Source of the DNA: Adineta vaga
Lineage: Eukaryota; Animalia; Rotifera
Direction of reading: 5' to 3'
Assembly: GCA_021613535.1 (NCBI GenBank)
Contig: CP075496.1
Span: forward strand, 2,852,001-2,916,000
Length of the DNA: 64,000 nt
In this document: positions 45,824-58,542 of the stretch, in pieces
How the letters are laid out: every line of letters begins with the position of its first letter
How positions within the stretch are numbered: position 1 is the first letter of the stretch
Translations under genes and position numbers: made by a program
Notes under the pieces: model-generated
The model's database searches: none
Seen by the model: the letters and a program-made list of their open reading frames with translations, nothing else
What the model was told of the DNA's origin: nothing

Positions 45824-47079
45824 TTTAGCTTCACTGTTTCATCAAATGACGTAGGCTTTAAGTTAATATTGATCTAAAACTAGCGGAAATGTGTTAGATG
45901 AACATTTTTTTAACATTTTTCTTTCAGATTCTTTTTTCTACCGTTTCTCTTTCTTGATGAAAAAAAAACGTTACACAATTACCAGTTAGATCTTGTCTTC
46001 AATATCCAAATAAAAGTCATACTTCCAAGTATCTTACCTATAATAAACCTAGAATAATCAAGATTGAGGAAAGAAAAGCGATTGATCATTCCAAGATTCA
46101 AACCGTCAAAGACAATAAACAGACGTTCATTGAATGTTCTGGTGTATATGCAGAGAGGAGGTATGCACTCGAACTCTCTCAGAGTGAATATGTGAATGAT
46201 GAAGAGTTTTCTTTTTATATAGACGAAGAAAAGATCAAAGATCGTTCAAGCAAGCATAAGAATAGATATGGAATAATGTTTTTCTGTTTCTTCTCGTGGA
46301 TTAAAAAAAGAAAATTGGTGCATGTTAGAAAAGATGAAGGAGGAAAAGAGTAAAATTTATTCTAGATGAAAGAAGATAAGAACAATACATGACGTGATCA
46401 TGTGCTATATTGGAAAAATTGAACACACTAAGAGAACGGATGGAGAAAAATGATAAATGATCTTTTTACAAGAACGTGTCATTCAGTAACGATGTAAAAT
46501 GACAAAATGAAGGTGTTTCGACAATAACAACAAAATAGAAATGACAGTTCGATGATAAATGTTTTTTTTAGTTGAAGTCTTTTTCTGGATATATATATAT
46601 ATATATATGAAAAGAATCGAATATGAGCATTGATTGATATGTATTTTAAATCGAAATATAAGAAAGTTGAATTCTTCAACAGTAAATCGAACACAATTGA
46701 TGTTAGTATAAGTTTCATTTACTTTGTATTCAGCATTTTCCTGGTTCTAGTGAGAAGAGGAAACGAGAAATTTCTTGTTTCTTTTAGCTTTTATTTTATT
46801 AATAAAATATGTCATCTATCAAATATGTTAGAATATTAATGAACATGATTTTCTACACAAAATATATATTAATATTTTCGCAGAAAGAATCTTTCATATT
46901 TTATCAAGATTTAGAATATCATGTCTGCATAGATAAACTTTCGATTATATTGAAATTAAATAATCGCTAGTGTCCAATTGTCTACGAAGGAGGACAAATA
47001 GACAGATACATATGTCGATGAAAAGAACAGAAAGAAAAGGTCTATCTATAGCTATCATTCATTTAAACAATTAATCGAA

Positions 47080-48419
47080 ATGGTAAACACGATCGTTACA
47101 TTTGGAAATAACCGTTTATCTTCCGTTACATCGAATTCTGTCGTTATGAAATCGAATAATTCATTATCTTTTCAACGACAAATTTATTTAATTCTTGGTA
47201 TTATAATATTATCTACGATATTACTTCCAAATATCTTTGCAATTAAAACTGATCATGATGATTTTACATTTCATCTTCTATTCATCGTACATTCATGTTC
47301 GTTATGAATAATTTTCTCTATCAATATTTCTAGTTTATTTGGTTTAGGTTTTCTAATTCTATTCTTCATTTCAACTATGATCTATACAAGTAAATAGAAA
47401 TATTATTTCATTGAATAATCATTTTATTTTATTAGATATTGGTGATGGACTAACAACTATATCTGCTCTTATTCTTTTGGCAATTTATAAAACAATACAT
47501 TATTTAATTCGTTATCGATATTGTCGAATAAATTCTCGCAAAGATTTTCTTCTAACAACTGTAAGAAGATATTTTTAAATGTTAAATTTACTTGCAAATC
47601 ATTCGTATTTAGATTCAATTGACAAGTCTTTTAATATTTGTTATAATATATAGTCTTTGGACATATTTATTAATTCGAACGAATTCTCAAGAGAAACAGA
47701 TGAAACAGTATGTAAACAAATCTTGTTTTATCCATCGGAAATATATTCTTTTTTCTTTAAAAATAAAAACAGAACGAATGGAAAAGGAATATTTTATTCA
47801 TTATTAAGTCTAAATTTGATGTTAACTGTAAGTTAAATAACTTTCGTATTCATTAGAATTCTTTTTTGTTTTTCTAAAGATTTCATCGTTGATTTTAAAC
47901 ATACATAATCAAGAGAGTTTTGATTTACATCATATTATTATTCTTTCAATTGGCATACCATTTGTTCTACTTTGGTGTACAATAGGAATATTAATGGTAA
48001 ATTTTCAAAACAAAAATATATATATATATGTTGAGGTTTTAATAGATAAGATTGAAAATTCGTAATTCCTTATGAGTATTTTCAAAGATTTCCATTGTAC
48101 AAAATCATTCTTGGAAACTTTTCTTTTTCTTTTTTTTTAGTCTATCTATAAAAATTGTTTATTTATAACAATATTTTATTTCTTGTCAATAATTCAACCA
48201 TTTCATTTAACTTATTTGATCTTTCAATCGATAAATACTTATCATGGTTTATTAACTGAAAATGAAATCAATCAGTATTTTCCATTATTAATCATTATTT
48301 TTGTATGTGTTAGTACAAATATTCTTGTTCATTTATTTACAACAATAACTGGCTGTTGGCTGATGTCAAAAACTGATCAAACAATTCTTAGTACTCGTTG
48401 GATGATAGCGAGTAGTTAG
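47080..48419 (+). CDS. Unrecognised polytopic membrane protein, paralog A
   Basis: Hydrophobic exons joined in frame (introns about 47297-47347, 47390-47435, 47560-47612 and further); homologous to 40011-41280. Confidence 0.7.
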
Positions 48420-48512
48420 AAATTCTGTTCTTTTCTTTTGTTTTTCGTTTTTGTTTTCTTCTTCCTTTTTTTGTTAGAATGAATTTATTGTTATGTTTGT
48501 AGATATAGAGAA

Positions 48513-50169
48513 ATGTCCACTTCAATAGATAATCTTCAGAATGAAAATGATGAAGATCAAAGTATAAATTGCGATGAAATTGAAGAATTATTTTCTAATG
48601 AAAATCCAACTGAACATATCGATACTCAAAGTCGAATAATAATTCAATCAAATGAAAGATTTGTATCACAACAACAATCTCGATCATCATGTGTTTCACA
48701 AGTACAAAATATAAGTCTTTCATTAGAAAAATCATCAACTCATATAGAAGAAAATTCCGATAATAATAAGAAATTAAAAGTATCAATTTTAAGTGTTAAA
48801 ACATCGAATATACCTGGTCCAGTTGGTCTTTTACCAGTCTTAGTAAGAAATGATTTTTTTCTTTTATATCTACAATAATAAAGATTCGTGTTCTTTTTTA
48901 AATATAGAAAACCAGTGAAGATTTACGACGTTTAAAAGAAGATAAAACTGCTCGAGATACGGTTCTTACAAATGAACAAGAAACAAATATCAAACGACCT
49001 AAAACATCATCGGATGTAAGTAAATAATTCACAACTAGAACTATATTTACGAATGGGAACATTAGGAAAGATTTTCGAATAGTGTTTGAAATAAATAATA
49101 GAATTATTTTATATTTCATTTCAGCTTTTTAGTTTAAATATTATTAATTATCCATCGTATGCAATTGCTCTACAACAATTACAAGAATCATTTAGTTGTG
49201 AACCAATCAATATTCATACAGCACTTATCAAAGTCATTGGATTATTGAATATTTTGATGGAAAATTTGTTTTTATCTTTGATATGTTTAGGCTCGTCTTG
49301 GTATAAAAAAACGCATTCCATTAATGTGTGCAGCTGTGACACATTATGATCGTCAAGAAAATACTATTCTATTAGATAAATCTGGTATGTATATACAATC
49401 ATTCTCATATTAATATTTAAAATCCTATCTTAGGTCATATTCGAGCTACATTCATTGGTGATGATGAATTATTGGATAGTTTCAATATTCGTGTTGGTCA
49501 TACACTTGTCTTGAGAAATGTAAATAACTTTTTATCTTTTCTTTATGATTTTATCACGAAATTTTCGTTTTAAAGGTAGCTGTATTTACATCAACACGTC
49601 ATAGACATCATTATGTTCATATTCATTTACAAAATATCATTGCAATACAAGATCCATTATCCGATATATTTAGTATGCCATCAACAAATCAAGATAAACC
49701 CACGAAATTCATATTAAATTCAATTGAAAATGAAATCTCAGCATATGAAGATTCCTCAAAAAGTAATAATGAAACATTTCATCTATTTTCTCAATCAGAT
49801 CATGATGATTCTGATCAACCACCATCGAAGAAAATGAATACAAATATTAAATCATCAACAAATTCAGCTTTTAATCACATTAAAACAAAAGCATCATCAC
49901 CATCGAAAACGAAATTTAAAGAAACAATTATTCAACAACCATCATCATCTTTCAAACCACCAACTATTTCGTCTACTAAACTTCTTCCAACTGCAGTAAC
50001 AGTAACACCACCATTATCAATAACAGAAACAGAGCTTCTTCAAATCGTTGATAAACCAATTGATGCAGATTTAAATGCAGCAGGTTAGTTATTCGAAGAA
50101 TATTTTCTTGGAAAAATTTCATTTCTTTTTATAGATTTTGTTGATGATGAATTCTTCTCAACTTGGTAA
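48513..50169 (+). CDS. HROB: HROB/C17orf53/MCM8IP-like OB-fold recombination factor
   Basis: IPGPVGLLP motif (FPGPAGILP-like) and OB-fold segment KRIPLMCAAV..LLDKSGHIRATF..IRVGHTLVLRNVAVF..HHYVHIHLQNIIAI. Confidence 0.75.
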
Positions 50170-50487
50170 TAATCTTTGATATTCTTTTAATTGTATGCAA
50201 ATAGATTTTCTTTCTTTTTCTTTCGGATGTTGTAATTTCTTTTGTAGACTTTCTCCCTGTGATTTATTTGTGTAATAATAAAAACAAAACCAGAAATTAT
50301 ACAGCATAACTTGATGGTTATTCGAAATTAATCGATGAGAAGAGATCAGTTATTTACATTTTATTTCCTATCAAAAAAATAGTTTAACAAGTTTTCAAAA
50401 ATATTTTTTTATTTGATAATAGTAAATGTAGTATCAGTTTTAACTAATGAACAATAAAATGACTTAATTCCATTTCTTCAATTGAAT

Positions 50488-52588
50488 TCAAAAAATATTC
50501 AAAATAATTTCGTCATCGTTTGATGAATTCAGATCTTGTTGTACATAAATAGAATGAGATGTTTCCATTTTATCATCAGAAATACTATTTAATGGAATAG
50601 TCTTATCAATCATTTGAGTATCTACTACAATGGGTTCGTTAATTTCTTCTGTTGAATCATTTTTTATTCCTTGTTGATCATTATTATCAACATAACCAAT
50701 AATGAAATGAATTCGAGCATCACCATCTTGCTGTAGTTCATCTGCTTCTTGTAATGACGAATGCGATGTATCAGGACTTGCGGATAAGTGACTTGTATTC
50801 ATTGCATTCTCTTTTGCTCGTGCATCTGGATCTTCAATTTTAGAAGTACGACGACGTCCAGACATATAACGACAATCTCTCGATTCGAAATCAGTATTTT
50901 CATCATCGGAAAAATCACTAAAATCAATTTGTTCTTCTTGAAAATATAATTTTCGTACAAAAACACGTTGATAACGATCGACAAGAACAGAAACTAGCAT
51001 ACCAATTGTTGCTGCACCAAATAATGCACAAAGACAAGCAATAATTCGGCCAACTGGTGTCATCGGTGTTATCTCACCATATCTATTAGAAATATTTTTT
51101 CAAATAAATTAATAGATTTCGAAATCTTACCCAACACTAGTGATTGTAATAATTCCCCAATAAGTTGCCTTAAGAATCGAATCAAATGCAGCACTATTCG
51201 AATCATTTTCAGCATAATATGCAGCTGAACCAAAAAGAAATCCAAGTAATGTTAAAATAATAATCATAATAAGAAAATCTAACAATGATTGTCGAACAGT
51301 TGTTGCTAATACACGTAAAGATTTGACACTTTTAAATACTCGACAAAATTTAAAAACACGTGCTAAACGAAGTATACGTAGAAGTCGAAGACCAATATAC
51401 GTATTAGAATTCACTTCATCTTCTCGGCCAGATAAACGAATTATTAATGATACGTAGAATGGTACAACTGCTAAGAAATCAATCCAATTCATGATACTCT
51501 TAGTGAAATCAAGTAATGATGGTGTGGAAAATAAGCGAATAACAAGTTCTAATGTAAAATATCCCACACAAATAACTTGAATAATGAAAAATGGTGAAGC
51601 ATAATACCAGTGACAAATATATAAATCCGATGGTGAACTTGGAGTTGTGGTTTGATTTGAATTAGATGATGTTGTTGTTGAATCTGATTGTGTACAATCA
51701 AAATCATCTAAATCAGCATATTGCGGTAAAGATTCAACTGCTAAAGTCATTGTTGATATAAGTACCATTAATAATGAGAATATATTGACCACTTTAGCTA
51801 AACATGAATAATCAGGATATTCCATTGTTGCCCATATCCATCGTCGTACACGATTTTTTGGTAAACGTACTTTTCTAACTTCTTTAACATTTTCATCTTT
51901 TCGTATTTGATTAAGTGCTTCTTGTCCTAATTGAAAAAATGTCACTTCTTCAAGAAATATATCCAATGGAATATAATCCGGTCGTCTTAAACGACCATTC
52001 GATTGATAATAATAAAGTATGGCTTGAAAACAACCACGATGACGATCAAAAAAGTATTCTTTCTGACTATCATCATAATAATATTTTCGTCGTTTAGCAT
52101 TACCCAATAATGTCTCAGGATATAATTCTAGTGTTGTTCGATGTGTTTCATATCGATCACCTGAAACATTAATTATAATACGATCATTTACTGGAGATGT
52201 TGGTCTATCTCGTTGTTTTTGAGATTGAACGGAAGTTAGTCGAAGTAAATTTTTGATATTAATTACATCACTAATAAAAACAAGATTTATTAGAAAAAGG
52301 TTAGTTTATTCTTAAATATAGATTATTTAGATATATGAATATGTTAGAATAGAAAAAACTTACGCATCATTTTGAGTAGGATTCCATTGAGTAGTTTTCT
52401 TCGAAGGCGCATCTCTTCAGAAATAAATCGAAGAAATAAGTTTCAAAACACAAAAACGAATTGCATATTTTTATTTACTGAAATACTGTTTCTAAATGAC
52501 GTGCTTCTGTTCGAGATAATTGTTTCGTAACAGTTCGTGATCGTGATGTTCGATGAGGTGTTTTTGGTACTCCTTCCAAATTTAACAT
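50488..52588 (-). CDS. Shaker (Kv1)-family channel subunit, divergent, copy 1
   Basis: T1 domain (RIIINVSGDRYET, EYFFDRHR, ILYYYQSNGRLRRP), S1-S6, S4 RLLRILRLARVFK, filter TSVG|YGE. Confidence 0.93.
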
Positions 52589-53150
52589 TGCGCGTACCTA
52601 TATTTATAAACATATGAACTTTTATATTGTCTCTCTTATGAATTTATTAAAAGTATCATAAAATATTCACTTTATTCATTAGATAAGAATTTAAATAGCC
52701 GTTGTAGAAGTTTATAGCTCTACTGAGATTTTATCGAAAGACGGCGATATAAAATATCCGATTTTTATTGTATGAGATTTCCTGCTGTGAAGGTAAGAGA
52801 TATTTTCGTTTGATATGTAAAGATTTATAAATAAATTATTTCTATTAAATCAATATTATTCTCTTTCGTAATCGATAGTTTTCGACATCATGCCTCGCAC
52901 GCTAGGAATCTCAGATTGAAAAAGATGTACTCTTCAATCAAATTTTCGTTAAACGAAACGAAAAGAAAAAGTGACTGATAAAATTTTGAATGACGCAAAA
53001 AAAACGATGTTTTTCTTTGTTTTAACTTATTACAATCTTTCGTTATCATTCTAAACATTTCTCGGCGTTCTTTATCATTTCATTTTCTTTTTGTCTTAGT
53101 TTTATATAATAATATTTTTCATATTTTATACATAACGACCTCAATAAACA

Positions 53151-54032
53151 ATGTTTAGTAATCTTTCTCAAAAGATATACGTCTTATTATTTCTATTTCT
53201 TTGTTCAATTCAATTAAATCAATCACTTCGCTGTTATGAATGTTTGGATTGTGAGGATATAACATGTAACTGTACGAATATCATCGAAACTGATAGCAAA
53301 ACTTCATTTTGTACTCTCGTTCGAGAAAATACTCCAAGTGGATTTAATGTCGAAATACGACATTTACCACGAAATTTATCAACTCATTATGAATCCAATC
53401 CATATTATATATCTGTGAAAGAAGAAATTAGATATAATGCATCGATTGATCAATGGTTATCATCTGCAAATACAATTGCATTTGCATGTCAAACAGATGA
53501 ATGTAATCGACCTGATTTATTGAAAGAATTACCAGTGAATGGTCTATCCTTAATGTTACCATCGAATTGGTTGAATGAAAACCTTCGACGAAAATCACAT
53601 GGACAAACAAGTTCATGTTATAATTGTCCTGAAGACGAAATATGTACTCAAACAATATATAAACCTGATTTAAACAAATGTGAATTAGAACAATGTAAAG
53701 GTATTTGTATTCTCAGTCAAACAATGGGAAAAAGTCAATCAAATCAATATTGTTATGAATCATATTGTGTATATCCAGAAAATCCTAAACCTGAAATACT
53801 AATTTATGGTATTTATTATATCGACAATCAAATATTTGATTTGATTGAAAGTGATGTTAGCTGTGCTGGACCTAATTGTAGTCGTTTAGAAATCTTTCAA
53901 GATATTAAAGATAAATTACAAAAAAATTATAATAATATTAAACCATTTCTTCCATCGAACAATGTTAAATCCTTATCTATATCATCGATTGTTATATTTA
54001 TGATGATAATCTTCCAGATTATTTTCTACTAG
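53151..54032 (+). CDS. Intronless Cys-rich secreted protein with two Ly6/uPAR-like domains and a probable GPI signal
   Basis: Signal peptide, LRCYEC start, CQTDECN end, second domain SCYNC...CAGPNCS and a terminal hydrophobic tail. Confidence 0.75.
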   Translation: MFSNLSQKIYVLLFLFLCSIQLNQSLRCYECLDCEDITCNCTNIIETDSKTSFCTLVRENTPSGFNVEIRHLPRNLSTHYESNPYYISVKEEIRYNASIDQWLSSANTIAFACQTDECNRPDLLKELPVNGLSLMLPSNWLNENLRRKSHGQTSSCYNCPEDEICTQTIYKPDLNKCELEQCKGICILSQTMGKSQSNQYCYESYCVYPENPKPEILIYGIYYIDNQIFDLIESDVSCAGPNCSRLEIFQDIKDKLQKNYNNIKPFLPSNNVKSLSISSIVIFMMIIFQIIFY

Positions 54033-55103
54033 AAATTAATTACTGATAGTAATAAAAAAACGAAAGAACTCACTCGAAAGTTTGCACTTTTTTATTTGTA
54101 TGTAAATTCGTTAGAATGAAAAAGTACGAAATGAAAACTTACTTATATAGACGGTTGCTTTTCGTCTTTTTTTTCGTTTATTGACCTCAAAGTATTCAGC
54201 AAACAAAATAATCTCAAACTTTTCATTAACATCAGAATGTCACTTGGACATGGACAGAAAAAACGGACATTCAACAATAAATACTTTTAACGAAGTTCTT
54301 AGTAACTTCATTGTACTAAATAGATCAATTTATATTCGAAAAAAATCAAGCGATTTATACATAGAAATGATAATCAATGTATATTTTTTGTAAAATTGGA
54401 GTTTGCTCTGTATAACAGACATATCATATCATATGTCCTCAATATCGCCATGATTTTCTTGTTGAATAAACAAGACTTCTACATCGTTCTGTATTTTAAT
54501 TTCAATCTTAATTTTTATTTCCTTATCAAATTAAAATTACTAAAAATATTATTGTTTATAATAAACATTAGTATTTGCAAACTAGACATATCATTATTTG
54601 TTGTGCTTCCAAAAATGTATTGTGTATTTTATTTTGCAGACGAAGATATTCTTTCGAATATGAGAAATCTATGGTTTTATATTGGATTGTTTACTTTAAC
54701 TGGCTGCAAATAGTAACCAGGTACACTCTCTTTATATGCATGCAATACGAATAGTTGTACCTAAAAATGATTATTCGAGTTCAACAACGAAGTGTCGGGG
54801 AAATGGATTATGTTTTTTTTTATTAATATTGAGATGTTCTTTTCAATCTATTTGTTGATACTTTCTGTTTTGAAATGAAGAGAGAATGAAAACTTAATTA
54901 AGTTTTTTTTTGTCTTCAAAGAGAAGCTTTACAATAGTTATTTAATTTGATGTATGTTTACAATACTTGATAAAAATGAAATTCTCATGAGTTAAAACAT
55001 TTAATTCATCATGATTTCTATTTCTATTGAAGTTTTGAAGAAGAAAAAAAGAACCTCAAAATAGATTTGCTTGTTTTTGTATTTAAAAAATGAAATCACA
55101 GAA

Positions 55104-57598
55104 CTATTCCAAGTCAGTTTGTAGAATTTCCAACGTTCGATCGATTAATCCTTTGCCAGCACAATTTTGTTTCAAACGAAGATTTTCTAATAATGGTTTA
55201 TATTCACATAATTGTTCATTTGTCAAGAAATTTTCTAAAAATTTCACAATTATTTCATTTGAAATAAAAACCTTTAAATCTTTACTTTGTCTTTTAATTA
55301 AATGAATTAATTGAAGAATATTATTGATTATTTCGGAATGTTCAATATCTTGTTTCAAGAATTCTTTTAGATTTTCATGACAATTTGCATCTTGAAGTTT
55401 TCCACAAATAAATGCTAAAATGAAGAAATAAATCTTTATGATTTGCTTTTTTTTCTTTATCTATTAAACATACGATTAGCTAACATCATGATGATATTCA
55501 ATGCAATCAATGCTTCATTTTGAATAATTCCACGATTTGTTTGAACTTCACATGAAGCTAATGTTGAAGTTATCAATGGAAATGCATCATTTCGTGCTAA
55601 TGCTTCAATAACTTCAATGGTTTTCAATGCAACTGGTAAAAGAAATATTACACGACGAGATTCAACTAAAAGTTCATTTACAAAAAAAACACAAACGAAT
55701 ATAAGATCGATCTATTTTGATTGAGAAGAAAACTTACATTGTAAACCTGGATGCATTGAATTACTATTAAGTACAATTTGTTGTAAAATCGAATCATTTA
55801 TAATTGCAATTTTTGACGCTTCTTTGGCATCACGAAGAAGAAAACGAATGACACCAGTTGCTAAAATAGAATTCAAATTTTCAAAAATCATCTGATCAAT
55901 GATTTACCTTTATAAGCAATTTCACCATTAAAATTCTTTGTAAACAAATATGGAGTAACATTATCCAGGACATTACTATCGACTAATAATGGTCGATTCG
56001 TACCTGAAAAAAATGTCAATCAAAATCAAATCTAATTCAATTGAAACTAGTTTACTTGGTACGGCAAGATTTCTTAATGCACCTAAAATTCCATGTGCAA
56101 CTTTTGATTGTTCATCAGTCATTAATTCTAATTTGTTTTCTAATTGATTTGAAAAATCCTTTAATTGTTCAACTAATTTTACATCAGGTTTTCGTTTGTC
56201 TGCTAAAAGACTAATAGCTGATTGATCATTTCGTGTTAAATTTGTAATAATTAATGCACCGGTCATTTTTAATTGTAAATTTGATTTTTCTAACCATGAT
56301 ATTCCATAGTCAAGTAGATCATATTTCTTTGAAGTTAATAATTGATCAATAGATTTATCTAAATAAAGAAATATGAACATTTTCTTTTTTTTTAGCAAAA
56401 GAATACAAAAAACAATGAGAACAAACCTGTTGTAATCAGAACTACAAGTATATAACATGTTTCACGAACAAATTCTTCATCTTTCCCAACATATTCTTCA
56501 CATAAATTGATCAGTTTGTAATAGAATAATGATGAACATAATTCTTCTTTAACACCATCTAGAAAATAGAAGACAATAAAGATTAGTTTTCAGATCAATA
56601 AGATTATTTTAACAACCTTCTTCACATGCTTCAAGTAAGTAAGGTAAAATCACCGCACGATTTTCATAAATAGCCGATTCTGTTATATGATTACCAATTT
56701 CTACCAATAAATGACTGGCAATAAGTCGTTCACAATCTAACAAGAAAGATGAATTCGTCTGAAATCAAAATCATATCTATCAAATTTGTTATACTTGTAT
56801 CATAATCAATTAAATTCGAACTGATTGAAAATAAAAAGAGAAGAATTTTCGATTCCGATAAATATGGAATGTAAAGAAGAAATATTTTCAATAAATCTTC
56901 TTTCAATATTAATTCAGCAACTTTTTCTAAAGATAAAAATTGAAAATAAATTCATTCGAATTCAATATATTTACCATTTGAATTTATAATATTATGTAAT
57001 GCACCTAAGATTATCATTCGTAATTGAATATTATCATGCTTTTCACATGCATATCGACATATATCAAATAGAATGTTAATACCAATTTGATTCGATACTA
57101 ATTCACAACCGTCAGCTGAAAGAAAAAGAGAAAAATAATAGATTATATTGAAAATACAAATTCTTGATTAAACCATTTTCATAACACATATTTCCGATTG
57201 CACGACATGATTCGATTTTTTCTTGAATATTATCAGATTGTAGACAATCTTTCAATGGAGAGATGAAATCTAATGTGACACATTCTTGTCGAACGGATTC
57301 TTAAAAGAAAAGAAAACAAATTCAAATTCAATTCAATTGATTTCTTTCATTTTAATATACCTTCTTTACAAATTTCAGCTAAAAGTCGAATAACTTTATG
57401 ACGATAGATTAGATTTTGTTGAAGTAAACTTTTTAAAACAGTTCTATCGATTTCAGATATCAACGATTGTTTTTCATCATCTACATGGAAAAGTAAAAAC
57501 ATGTTTATAAATTCAAAATTTCTCATACTTGATGATGCTTGACTTTGATGTTCAGTGACCTTTTTAAGAAATATTTCTATATCATTTTCTGTATACAT
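55104..57598 (-). CDS. RAP1GDS1: RAP1GDS1/SmgGDS armadillo-repeat GEF
   Basis: RLLAEICKE, ESCRAIGNMCYEN, GALIITNLTRND, HGILGALRNLAVP and IIQNEALIAL. Confidence 0.85.
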
Positions 57599-58542
57599 AG
57601 TTACGTTGAACGAAATATAATAGAAGGAAGAAATATCATGTTAAAAGAGAATTCTGTTATTGGTGGAATGCTTTCCATCAATCAATATCCAACGCCACAT
57701 ATTTCTCTTCGTATTCTTTTTTCGATTTTGACATGAAATAAAAGTTAATATGACGCTTTCTAGGATCATCAAATGATTTTACATCAAGTAATTTGATATT
57801 ATTTACAGCAGTGTCGAACTTGAAAGTTCAATATAGAATCTGATATTTTAAGTAAAACTAAAAATGATTTAGTAAGTCCATCAGTAAATAAAGTACTGTG
57901 ATTAGTAACTATCGTTTCACATTCAAGTCAAAGAAAATCAACGTAGACGATGTTACTATTAACTTATTTATATGATAAGCGCTCTAAACCAATTTGATAT
58001 CTATAGATGTTAATATCTGTTCTACTTATATTAAGATATAAACTTGATATAGATATATCGATGTCTTTTCATAAAATTTTTCGTTAAAATAAATCAGAGA
58101 AGAATCATTACTTTTGCTATTGTTTACTGAATGAAAGGAAATCGAATTCCACGAACATTGCTTGAAGTCATCAGTATAGTAATCGAATATCCTAGATGCA
58201 CCAATGATGAGCACTGTCTTAACAAAACTGTCATCATCTATATATTATAAATCTTATACTTCATGACACATGTTCATAGACTGATAACACACAAATTTTT
58301 CTATTAGTACATCGAAACAATATATGTTCTGCTTATGTGCTTATGCGTGATTGGCTTAAATATTTTTATATTATAGATCGTGTTATTTCGATAAACTTTC
58401 AATAAACAATTATCACACGTTCATTTATGATAACATTTAAAATCAATGATTATAGTATACGGTCGAATGACGATGTATCTCTTTCTCTTTTCTTTCTTTT
58501 TCATATGAAGATTAATGACTGTTCGTATACATAAAGGTTAAC

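Noticed and set aside
47305-47307. In-frame TGA followed by open hydrophobic frame (possible readthrough or selenocysteine)
   Set aside because: A normal 51-nt intron (47297-47347, GTTCGT..TTTAG) removes it, at the same position and phase as in the paralog.
53025-53040. CTTATTACAA resembling the start of the bdelloid spliced leader
   Set aside because: The match stops after about 10 nt, with no donor or Sm site.
56820-56900. miR-1 gene
   Set aside because: No complementary arm for a precursor hairpin, and it lies antisense to a coding exon.
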